Made by a program: the position numbers and the translations under genes. DNA of 60,830 nucleotides from a virus (lineage: Duplodnaviria; Caudoviricetes). The notes below the pieces were generated by a model that searched no databases, was not told the DNA's origin, and saw nothing but the letters and a program-made list of their open reading frames with translations. Positions 1-9,700 of this stretch are shown piece by piece. The DNA is taken from positions 1 through 60,830 of the IMG/VR virus record IMGVR_UViG_3300032053_000074, one strand, 5' to 3'. Numbering within the stretch: position 1 is the first letter of the stretch; each line of letters starts with the position of its first letter.

Positions 1-46
1 ATGTCAAAAAGCCCGGGAATTTGGGTTAACCTCTGAGAAATCTAAA

Positions 47-559
47 GTGATAACGGAACAACTGGAACTTAAAAAACAGGGGAAGCGAAAGTGTTATAAA
101 TGCAAAAATATCTATCCATATACCGACGAATATTTCAGGTCTAGGTCGTTATGTAGAGTGTGTGGGTCTATTCACCGGAAGGGACGTTATCAGTCTTTGA
201 TGAATAATTTAACTCTTGAGCAACTACTTGATTTGAGATGCAAGCAGGCATATCAGCGTTCGTGTAAAAAAGGATGGGAGTTCAATTTATCACCGGAATA
301 TTTGGCAAATATCTATCGAAAACAGTCCGGTCTATGTTTTTATTCAGGGATAAAAATGGAAATTTCACTGAAAGGATATGCTACAAACAATTATGTATTA
401 TCCATTGATAGAATAGATTCTTCCAAAGGATATATTACCGACAATATTGTATTGTGCTGTGATGCAGTCAATACAATGAAGATGCAGATGGAAAGTGAAG
501 AGTTCATTCGCTTATGTAGAACAATTGCCGATAACAATCTGAATTCGCTGATTAGATAA
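47..559 (+). CDS. Free-standing HNH-like (His-Me finger) endonuclease
   Basis: N-terminal CxxC...CxxC; C-terminal GLCFYSG...LSIDRIDSSKGY..DNIVLCC..VN motif typical of phage HNH-like nucleases; the only substantial plus-strand gene. Confidence 0.7.
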   Translation: MITEQLELKKQGKRKCYKCKNIYPYTDEYFRSRSLCRVCGSIHRKGRYQSLMNNLTLEQLLDLRCKQAYQRSCKKGWEFNLSPEYLANIYRKQSGLCFYSGIKMEISLKGYATNNYVLSIDRIDSSKGYITDNIVLCCDAVNTMKMQMESEEFIRLCRTIADNNLNSLIR

Positions 560-565
560 TGTCAA

Positions 566-1084
566 CTATTTTATTTGTTCAAATGGAGTATCACATAGAA
601 GATCTACATATTTCATTATCTTTGTATGAGTTTCGTCTTCTATTTTAAAATTCCATTTTTTAGTTGCAGTATTATCAATCCATTCACGGAGAGATGTACC
701 AAATTCTTCTGATCGTGCTTTAATATCACAGCAAAACTCAGCCAAATATACATCTGGCATATCTTTAATTCCTCCAGTCCAATTTTCAGGATGGTGTGAA
801 TTAGTCATATTATGTTGATGAATAGCAAGTTTCAACTTTAACTTATTTTCTTCAGATGGATTATTGAGGGATAAATATTCAAATTCTATACCATAGAATT
901 TACTTGCATCATGAACAAACCCATTGGCAATTAACCGTTTACCTAAGTCAATTTCTCCACTCATAATAAGTTTTTCACCTAGTAAAAAACAATTATCTTC
1001 TACATTACGTATGTGCCTTGTAATAGCACGAATCTTCGTCATTGTTAATTCAGCATCTTTTTTAAGACGATCACTTCTCTTCAT
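566..1084 (-). CDS. HD-like/DUF5662-type protein
   Basis: RH...HDASKF...HQH...NSHHPENW...DMP.VYLAE..CD motifs; start moved to ATG 1084, just downstream of a sigma70-like promoter. Confidence 0.6.
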   Translation of the reverse strand: MKRSDRLKKDAELTMTKIRAITRHIRNVEDNCFLLGEKLIMSGEIDLGKRLIANGFVHDASKFYGIEFEYLSLNNPSEENKLKLKLAIHQHNMTNSHHPENWTGGIKDMPDVYLAEFCCDIKARSEEFGTSLREWIDNTATKKWNFKIEDETHTKIMKYVDLLCDTPFEQIK

Positions 1085-1092
1085 ATGTAACA

Positions 1093-1120
1093 ACTATAAC
1101 AGACTCAGTGAAAATGTCAA
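1093..1120 (-). promoter_or_regulatory. Sigma70-like early promoter
   Basis: TTGACA-16nt-TATAGT with TG extension on the minus strand. Confidence 0.65.
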
Positions 1121-1125
1121 GGATA

Positions 1126-1950
1126 TTAACTTCTGTCACCATCACCCATATAATTAGACATATCTGGATCAGGTTGCCGTCTCGATGCACGAGGGTCATG
1201 ATCTAGCTCGATAATGTGATATCCTTGACGTATATATTTTCCAATTTTTTCTGGTGAAATATTAATCTTCCCTCCATTATCTTTATTATCTATCCAATAG
1301 ACATAAGACCCACCCTGTCGGTCTTTATAAATAGTACCAGCGGAATTTTCATCCATTGTTTCATCTTCTTCATAGTCAGGATCAGTTCGCTTATTAAGTC
1401 TTTTCTTATATCCACCTTCTGTTCCTGAACCACCGCAAGATGCACACTTTGTGCCATCATGCATTCCTTCGCCACTTCCATTACAGCTGGAACATACCGT
1501 ACTATTTGATTCATCCATTCCACCAAATAAAGATTCATCTCCCTTCACTGCATCCTGCATTCTTTTACATGCAAGCACTATTTTATCTGCCCATTCTTGA
1601 GAATATGTAGCGGGTAATTTAATAGTTTTTTCTATATGATTACCCGGCATCATGTCAAGACGTTCACTATCATAATATCTTTCTAAAAATACCGTATCTG
1701 ATTCTGTATTTACACTACATCCTACAGTAGCAAATCCACTCATATAATATTCCATAAAATCTCGTGGATCAGTACCTTGTGTATAAAATCTTAATTTTTC
1801 TAATTCAGCATAAATATACTTTTTATATTGTTCACACGCTTCCCCATCATTAGTTTCTTTTATATTGATGTTCGAGGATTTATTTGATAAATTCTCTTTT
1901 AGAATTTCAAATACACATTCTTTAATGAGGGATTTTAAATTAATTTGCAT
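1126..1950 (-). CDS. Putative internal head protein with DnaJ-type CxxCxGxG zinc finger
   Basis: N-terminal LKSLIKECVFEILKE motif; CSSCNGSG...CASCGGSG; lies downstream of the prohead protease. Confidence 0.45.
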   Translation of the reverse strand: MQINLKSLIKECVFEILKENLSNKSSNINIKETNDGEACEQYKKYIYAELEKLRFYTQGTDPRDFMEYYMSGFATVGCSVNTESDTVFLERYYDSERLDMMPGNHIEKTIKLPATYSQEWADKIVLACKRMQDAVKGDESLFGGMDESNSTVCSSCNGSGEGMHDGTKCASCGGSGTEGGYKKRLNKRTDPDYEEDETMDENSAGTIYKDRQGGSYVYWIDNKDNGGKINISPEKIGKYIRQGYHIIELDHDPRASRRQPDPDMSNYMGDGDRS

Positions 1951-2905
1951 ATGCTAATATTTCATATTTTGCCGGTTGTCCTTCTCCTGCTAAATTTTCC
2001 CAATTAAAGGAAATACGGCTATTTTGAATAGTTGGTTTATCTGTAAAAGTATCTTGTCCTGGATCATTCAATCTTCGATATGGAAGTAAAAGACTTCCTT
2101 TAGGAGTATTTAATCCTCCACTTACCATGTTTAACCCAAATCCTACACTTGATAATGCATTAGTAACCGCAGTCAATCCTTGACCAGGAGATTCAAAATC
2201 ACGCTTATTACCATCTGCTCCAGCAGTTTTTAATGCCATTCCAAGTTTCTTTCTTTCACTGTTGGAAACTTTATCAACTGTTATTGCTCCTGCTTCTTTA
2301 GATCTAATAAATGGAGTCCTAGTTTTTACTGCATTTAAAAATCGTTCCTTTTGATTATTCCAATCTTCCCACATCTTAGGTAATTCTGAAGTTGAATAAT
2401 TACCGAAATTTATTTTACCTCCCTTGTTTGACATTGCATTACTAAAAACATACCATGAACGGTCATCTCCATATCTGCTGTCCAATGAAAAATTTCCTAT
2501 GTATCCAAATGAAATTCCAGGATAATCCTTCTTTATATTATTATCTATATCGTTTTGCAAATTTTCATAAGCAGAATTTATTTGTGATTTATTTGATGCA
2601 TCAGTACGTTCTCTAGGCGAAGGTTGAAATTCATCTGATTGTGAATCATATGGTTCTGGTTGAGAAGTTTCTTTTATTTTAGGTGAGCATTTATGTCCAA
2701 TTGACCATTTTCCACCGCACTTTTCACATGGAGTTGGATGATAAACATCTTTATCATTTTTCAAGCTCCACTTATCGGATGGGTTTGATGGTGGTCTTCC
2801 ATCACCATCTTTATAGTCTGGATATTCAAGAGATGGATCACTACGTTCAGTTATTACTTCTGCAATACACTGTTTCACTAATTTTAGAAGTTGATGTTGA
2901 TTCAT
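1940..2905 (-). CDS. Hypothetical protein, putative head-associated
   Basis: 321-aa ORF with N-terminal LLKLVKQCIAEVITE motif; tightly coupled to neighbours. Confidence 0.45.
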   Translation of the reverse strand: MNQHQLLKLVKQCIAEVITERSDPSLEYPDYKDGDGRPPSNPSDKWSLKNDKDVYHPTPCEKCGGKWSIGHKCSPKIKETSQPEPYDSQSDEFQPSPRERTDASNKSQINSAYENLQNDIDNNIKKDYPGISFGYIGNFSLDSRYGDDRSWYVFSNAMSNKGGKINFGNYSTSELPKMWEDWNNQKERFLNAVKTRTPFIRSKEAGAITVDKVSNSERKKLGMALKTAGADGNKRDFESPGQGLTAVTNALSSVGFGLNMVSGGLNTPKGSLLLPYRRLNDPGQDTFTDKPTIQNSRISFNWENLAGEGQPAKYEILAYAN

Positions 2906-2909
2906 ATAA

Positions 2910-3536
2910 TTAACCTAATTCAGATAACACATTATGAATAATTGAATCTGTTTTTTCCCATCTATTAGAAATTGGATTTCTAACCACCCCTTCGGAAAGA
3001 GCAACTTGTCCTGTTTGAAGAGACATAAACGCACCTTGTGTTGAGGGATTTGAAACAAAATCAAATGCAATTAATTCAAAGTCATCTCCGACAATAGCAG
3101 AACTCTCTGATATTTTCTTTAACGAACCCATTCCACGACTGGAAATTCCGAGTTTTATTCCATTTCTAAATAATTCACGGAGAATGTTTCCATTTGGAGT
3201 AGTAAGAACTTCAACTGTTCCCAACAAATCATTTCCATTCCAATGCATTTCTATAACATTATGAGATACATTTTTCAAGTTTACCACAGATGAATCTGGA
3301 TGATCCAATTCGCCCATTGCTCTTCGTTCTTTAATAAACACATTTGCATATTTTTCAGCTTCACGAATAAGAACCTCGTCCGGATAAATTCTTCCATTTT
3401 GATTTTTCCTAGCTTTACGTTGAAGTATTCCCTGTACTCGAAATGGTTGATTTGGATGTTCGGCTGATTCCCGTAACATAACCGGATCTGCCTCAAATGT
3501 TATACATTCCAATAAAAGTTTTTTTTCGTTATTCAT
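2910..3536 (-). CDS. Prohead core protease (T4 gp21-like)
   Basis: NQNGRIYP, GELDHP, NVSH, TPNG, GISSRGMGS, DFVSNPS motifs. Confidence 0.95.
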   Translation of the reverse strand: MNNEKKLLLECITFEADPVMLRESAEHPNQPFRVQGILQRKARKNQNGRIYPDEVLIREAEKYANVFIKERRAMGELDHPDSSVVNLKNVSHNVIEMHWNGNDLLGTVEVLTTPNGNILRELFRNGIKLGISSRGMGSLKKISESSAIVGDDFELIAFDFVSNPSTQGAFMSLQTGQVALSEGVVRNPISNRWEKTDSIIHNVLSELG

Positions 3537-4387
3537 ATGGTTGTGTCCGTCATTGTTTTTTTAATTCTAATTGCCCATTCATCCTTAGTATCATTGGATT
3601 CCATTTTTACTAAATCATAACGAGTTGAAATTGTGCCGTTTTGTGTTAACTTAAAAAGAGCTGCTGCAAGAGAATCTTTAGTTAAACCTGGCTTTAAAGT
3701 ATTAGCAGGTATTTTTAAATCAAATAAAGCAACCGATTTACCATTTCCTAAATTCTTCATCCATCCAATTCCTTTAATAAAATCACGAGGAGTTGTCTCC
3801 GGTTTTATTAGAAAATTTGGCAACCATAATTTAATATCTTGAGTAATTGCGTCAATTGAATATGCATCATAATGTCCAGTTCCTCCTGCTTCTTTTAATG
3901 GCAACTCTTTAGTTGGAATATTACTTACAGGTGCATGTGACATTGGTTGTGATTGTGCTGTATCAGGATTATTTTCCGGCGAAATTGGATTTTCTACTTT
4001 AGTGTTTGGATTATGTCCTTTTTGAGGAGATGGTTGTCCAGTCGCAGGTCCAACAATTTGAATCTTAAATCCAGGTTTTAGAAAATACTCTTTTGGTTTT
4101 GGAGTAGAATTATCATGTGCAATAACAACATAATTATCATAATAATCATCAAGAGTTATTTTAGAAACATCAAATTCATAATCCTTTACATATTGCTTAT
4201 ATCCACGAGATGCACGAGCATGTATGCGCTTTCCATTTAATCTTTCCCCAATTGCTTGTTCAAACTTTTGTTTTATTTGGTCACTATTACCATCAATCGC
4301 TCGTTTAAAATTTGCATAATCTCTCCCTAGATCATAATATTGACCCGTCGCACCTTGTTGCTCTATTATTCTCTTTAAAGAAATCAT
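3533..4387 (-). CDS. Hypothetical protein
   Basis: 284-aa ORF with 4-nt overlap to the protease gene. Confidence 0.6.
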   Translation of the reverse strand: MISLKRIIEQQGATGQYYDLGRDYANFKRAIDGNSDQIKQKFEQAIGERLNGKRIHARASRGYKQYVKDYEFDVSKITLDDYYDNYVVIAHDNSTPKPKEYFLKPGFKIQIVGPATGQPSPQKGHNPNTKVENPISPENNPDTAQSQPMSHAPVSNIPTKELPLKEAGGTGHYDAYSIDAITQDIKLWLPNFLIKPETTPRDFIKGIGWMKNLGNGKSVALFDLKIPANTLKPGLTKDSLAAALFKLTQNGTISTRYDLVKMESNDTKDEWAIRIKKTMTDTTI

Positions 4388-4390
4388 ATT

Positions 4391-5746
4391 TTAATATAAT
4401 TTATCAGCCTTACGTTCCATATCTTCCTCACCTTGAGGAGTGATTTGGAATCCAAGACGTTTAGAAACATCCACTGCTGCTTCACTTCCGCCCCTACTAG
4501 AAAATGCCGCAGGAACATTATACCCACTCACTCCACCTGTATCAGTCATTTCAGATATATTACTATTATCACCAGCCATTATAATATCGCCGGTGTCTGC
4601 TCTCCACGCATGTCCACTATCACAATAATTATAAGGACTTTCTGGTTTATGTTTATATCCCTTATAATTACATATAGGACATAATCTAATTCCATCAGGT
4701 GGAAAATTTAATGGATCAGTGGACATACGCCACCCTTCCATTGTCGTTTTCTTTTTAAAAGCAAATGGTGTAGAAATAGGAGAAACCGCAGAAGTTCCTG
4801 TCTCTTCTTGTACAGGTTCTGATTGAATTGGATTCCATTTCTTAGTCGTCGTGTCAAGTACTTTATAATTCCCAGTCATATCTTTCCATATAAATCTAGT
4901 TCCTCTATTTATACTTGTATCTCTTATTTTATATTGATATACCGTTCCATGTTCTCCAGATTTACTTCTAACAAACCACATATCTTTCCACAATTTCTTA
5001 GCAATAGTATTTGCTGCAAATTCATTATCAGATTTCATTTTGCTAGTAGAAGCATTAGTATAAGAACCAAATCCTTCGCTCACTATTCCTTTAACAATTT
5101 CCTTGATAATTTCTTCTAAAGTAGATTTATTTATGGAATTTTCATTGAGGGGCTTTATTGATTTAACAAATGTCATTAACTTATTACTCTTAAGTTCTTT
5201 TGCTTTGTTATACAAATCAATTATGTCATCGGTTGGAAGTCTAAATCCGTTACCCATTTTTTTCTTAAATTGAGCAATCAAAATATCATCTGGAGCAAGC
5301 GGTTCAGATTTATAATCTGCCGAACGTTCACCAGACCCATCAAATTCAATGTCACTACCACCTTCTCCTCTATCAAGATTTCCATTTACCATTCCAAGAT
5401 AAGTCTTTATAAAATTAGTAGATTTTCCTTCGGGATATTTATCACTACCACTTACCCATTGACTTAAGCTCTTCGCTCCTTTAATCCCTCTTATAATAAT
5501 ACTTGCCCATACCCATATGAACATTGATTGTGGTGCGGAATAATATATCTTTTGATCACCCATGCTGTAATTTTTAGTTATATCAGACCACTCAAATCCA
5601 CCATTGCCTAAAATATCATCAAATTCTTTCGGAGCTCGCTCAGATTGTCCGGAAAATATAAAGTTCTTGATATTTTTATCTTGATCTATAGAAATAGCAG
5701 CATAAACAGAAGATAATTTCTTAAGTACATTAATGTCTAATTTCAT
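4391..5746 (-). CDS. Hypothetical head-module protein
   Basis: 451 aa; internal LEEIIKEIV motif and two E-x-T-x-T...P-x-AF motifs. Confidence 0.5.
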   Translation of the reverse strand: MKLDINVLKKLSSVYAAISIDQDKNIKNFIFSGQSERAPKEFDDILGNGGFEWSDITKNYSMGDQKIYYSAPQSMFIWVWASIIIRGIKGAKSLSQWVSGSDKYPEGKSTNFIKTYLGMVNGNLDRGEGGSDIEFDGSGERSADYKSEPLAPDDILIAQFKKKMGNGFRLPTDDIIDLYNKAKELKSNKLMTFVKSIKPLNENSINKSTLEEIIKEIVKGIVSEGFGSYTNASTSKMKSDNEFAANTIAKKLWKDMWFVRSKSGEHGTVYQYKIRDTSINRGTRFIWKDMTGNYKVLDTTTKKWNPIQSEPVQEETGTSAVSPISTPFAFKKKTTMEGWRMSTDPLNFPPDGIRLCPICNYKGYKHKPESPYNYCDSGHAWRADTGDIIMAGDNSNISEMTDTGGVSGYNVPAAFSSRGGSEAAVDVSKRLGFQITPQGEEDMERKADKLY

Positions 5747-6626
5747 TGTTATCTCCTAGTTGTGTCTTAATCTCTTTCAATAACTCATAAGAAAGCATTA
5801 ATACCATTACGTGACTATCTTTAATCACTTTTCCTGGATTTATTTTGTCCAATTGATTTACAACTTCGTTTATCTTTATCTTGATAACATCCGAATCTTT
5901 AATATTATCAACCAATTCGGTAAGACATACTTTAATCTCCGATACTTTAGTCTTAACAAAAACATCGAAATTATTTGTATTAGCAACATTGCAAATATAT
6001 TCTCTTAAAACTGATTTCTGCTCTTCATCGAGAACACTATCATATTTTTCATTCAATTTCTCAATTAGTAGTTTATAAGTAAGTAACCGTATATCTTCGG
6101 TTTGATATTTATAATAATTTATAAGATCATCACCATTATTTACAATTTTAGGTTTATCGGAAATATGCTCTATTATACAGTTTTTGGATTGGTAAATTTC
6201 ATTTACTTCAAATTTACAATCATCAGATACTATATCTTCGAACACTTTATAAATTGAAGCTAATACTTTGTAATTTCTAATAGGTGCTTGCAACATCTCT
6301 TCAATTGGATATGCGTCCTTTATTTCCTTGATTAACTCATACTTAAGTTGAATAAGTTTTTTGTTATTTAATCTTTTTCTAGCATCACAAACAACTGAAA
6401 AAAAACGTTCGGCATAGGGATTTTCTTTTATTTTTTCATTAATAAGAGTGTTATATAGTTGCCATTCTTTTCCTATCTCCGTATTTTCTCTAAAATATTT
6501 GTAAAGTATGTCTTTGGCTAAAGATGTGTCTCTACCTGCAATTATATCAGCGGTCACTTGCTTTGTTAAGAGTTCAAACAAAATACCGGTATTTCTAAAT
6601 TTAGAATGGCGCATTCTTTTTTGCAT
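5730..6626 (-). CDS. Phage protein downstream of portal (possible prohead core component)
   Basis: HSKFRNTGILFELL N-terminus; helical; synteny with portal and protease. Confidence 0.55.
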   Translation of the reverse strand: MQKRMRHSKFRNTGILFELLTKQVTADIIAGRDTSLAKDILYKYFRENTEIGKEWQLYNTLINEKIKENPYAERFFSVVCDARKRLNNKKLIQLKYELIKEIKDAYPIEEMLQAPIRNYKVLASIYKVFEDIVSDDCKFEVNEIYQSKNCIIEHISDKPKIVNNGDDLINYYKYQTEDIRLLTYKLLIEKLNEKYDSVLDEEQKSVLREYICNVANTNNFDVFVKTKVSEIKVCLTELVDNIKDSDVIKIKINEVVNQLDKINPGKVIKDSHVMVLMLSYELLKEIKTQLGDNNEIRH

Positions 6627-6710
6627 ATTACTAGATTTTACTATTCAACTTGATTATAAATATAAAGATATACTCCTAAACCGTATCTTTATACTATATA
6701 TGGCATCAAT

Positions 6711-9700
6711 TTATTTTGTATTGTGGATAATGTTACTTTCATCCATTAAGGATTTACTTGAATTTTCCGAAATAAGTTCCTGTGTTACATCAGTCTGTGA
6801 TTTCTTTAGAAATACGGATAAATTACTAATTAAATCCTTATTCTCCTTCATAGACACAGTTGATAACCTGTGTTCTTTTAGACTGAACGGCGAGTCATTC
6901 TCGAAATTATGATCGAAATTACTCTTGCGTTTACCTTCACTATTCTTATTTGGAGAAGATAATCTTTCCTTAGAACCTAATGGATCTTCTCCAAATGGAT
7001 GCTGTGCTCTGGCATCATGTTCGCCACTTTGGTCTCGTTTTTGCTTAATTTCCTTAACCAAATCTTCTGGTTCTTCTTTATTTTTAGTTTCTCCAGGTGG
7101 AGTTTCTTCGTCACCCTTCCCATCCTCACCCTCGCCCTCACCGCCCTCACCCTCACCGCCCTCACCCTCACCAGGTTTACCTTCAAGGTCTTCTATATCA
7201 CCCAATCCACCACCACCACCACCACCACCACCACCCAATCCACCACCCAATCCACCACCACCACCAGAATCAGATTTTTCAGATCCGCCACTCTTTCCTA
7301 TGCCAATTTTATTAAACGGCTTAGCTGGATCATCACCATCTTCCTCAATTTTACTGAATCTATATTTCTGTTTCGAATCTTCCACTACCTGATCTTTAAC
7401 TTCTTTAATATCATCATCAGACATGTGGAATATATTTTTATAAACCCATTCATAAGAGAAGAATTTATTCTCGATCATGTCGGTTGATACAGAAACTTTA
7501 TCAGACCAAATCTCAAGTTTTTCCTTTTCAAAAATTGTACTTGGATTAGTTAATTCCAGTTTGAAATCAACTAGACTTTCGTCACGATATCCTTGAGCAT
7601 ATAGATGAACAATTCCGATTTTCTCTAGTTCATTTGCAATAATCCTCTGAATTCTCTGAATAGTACGAGCGAACCTGACATCTTCCGACGCAAGTGTAGC
7701 TTTTCCGGAAATACCTTCTTCATACCCAAGAAATGCTTTTGGGATTTTTAAGGCAGACATGAGTTTATTACGTAGATATTCGATATCTTCGGTACCCGTC
7801 CATTCCATACCACCAAGGGTATCGATTTTTGTGCCACTATCACTACCACGAACTGGAATGTAATAGTCTTCAACCATGTTCTGGAGATTAAAACGAAGAT
7901 TATATTCCCCACTCTGTTCATCCATATAAGGGACTTTCTTCATTTTATCCATCATCTTCTGCATGTAATTATCAACTTCGGCAGGAGGGATATTTCCAAT
8001 ATCAGTATAAAATATACGCTTTTCAGGTGCTCTCATTATACGATGGATTAACATAGCATCTTCCATCAATGATAATTGCTTCCAAACACGTCTTGCCCCT
8101 TCCAACATAGATTTTCCATATGGCATGAAATTACTATCGGACATCAATCGGAAATGTGCCATCTCGTAGTTTTCTAATACTTCTGCTTGTGCCGTATCAG
8201 TTGGACGCAATTGAAATTTAACATAACGTTTATTATTTGGATCAGCATTCTCAATACGCTCAACATTGTAGGAAGAAATTGGTTCAACCATGTAAACCCC
8301 ATATTCAGGAGTAATATACAATTTTAGATAAAAATCACCGTATTTACAATTTTTCACAAATACACCACTATCTTTGGTTATATTTCCATCCAAATCTTTT
8401 CCACACATCGCAAAATTATGTCTATCATGTTCCCCATTTGGACCAACAACAGTCATACAATAAACGTCGGAAGATTCGTTTATAATTTCAACGGTTTTAA
8501 CTTTATGATTTGGTAGAATACCGTTCTTTCTAAGTTCCTTCATTTTTTTACTGGCAGATTCTCGTCTATCAGAAGTCCATCCACTCTTCATATTTTCACA
8601 TGCACGTTCTCTTCGAACTGGGTCTTTCCACATTTCTGTTTTTAATTTAGATCGTATTTTATCCGATCTAAGATATTTGTCAATACTTCTTTTTCTTTTC
8701 TCTATAATTTCTGGAGTATGTAATATACGTTTACAATGATCTGCGTGTAGTCGTCGATGATCAAAAAACTCCATCGGAATTAGATTTGTTGGAGAATTGT
8801 CATATTTATTGAAATTTTTATGATGTAAAATTCTATTAATGCTATCAGTTTTAATTCCATATGACTCAGCCACGTTACGATGTGTAAAATCATATTTATC
8901 AAGTCCAGGATTATATATCATCTCATACTTATTCATCCCTCCTTTTTCAGGACTCAATTTTCTATAGAACGGCATTAGACTATCATTTTCTTTAAGATCC
9001 TCTGCACATCGTTCAATTCCATTTCGTAATATAAATGGATGTTCGGGTGAAGTTTCTACAAATGAATTGTCATCGAATGTTATTTTTACTATTTTGTTCG
9101 CTGTATAATTTTTATCACACCAAACAACCTTACCTGGTACAATTTGATTTGTTCCATCTTGAACCGAATATACCCAAACTCCCTCCCCGTTCTTTATTTT
9201 ATTGGATAAATCATCTATTCTTATATTTTCCCCCGATAATAATGGAATATAAGAATCATATTTTACTGGCATGTTTCTAGTCCATGACCACATGTTAAAT
9301 TGTACATTTAAGATATCATTGTATAAATTTTCCAATATTTCTTTTACATTATTATTGCTAGAATGCACCGTCAGCATTTTTCCCATTTCATTATAAGTGA
9401 GGCATTCATCCGCATAAATGTCGAGAGCACTACTCAAAATTGGATCCATATCCATTGTATTTTTTACGATACAACTATCCGTAGCAAAATTTGCAAACTT
9501 CTCAACTGTAACATCATATACATCTATTTGACCAATAGATTCAATAGAAACTATTGTATGATTCAAGGTGGATTCAACTTCTTTTTTAAATGATTTCCAA
9601 TTTGTAAATTTTTCGGTTAATCTATTTTGAAGGACAGAGTAATCGCATCCAATATCTTTTATAAGATCCCAAGAAATTAATTTTCCATTTTTCTTATAAT

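Noticed and set aside
1-6626. Major capsid protein or tail sheath gene
   Set aside because: No gp23 or gp18 motifs were recognised in any ORF; these genes probably lie outside the window.
6925-7487. Plus-strand poly-Pro, poly-Thr and poly-His ORFs
   Set aside because: They are shadow frames of the Gly-rich portal C-terminus on the minus strand.
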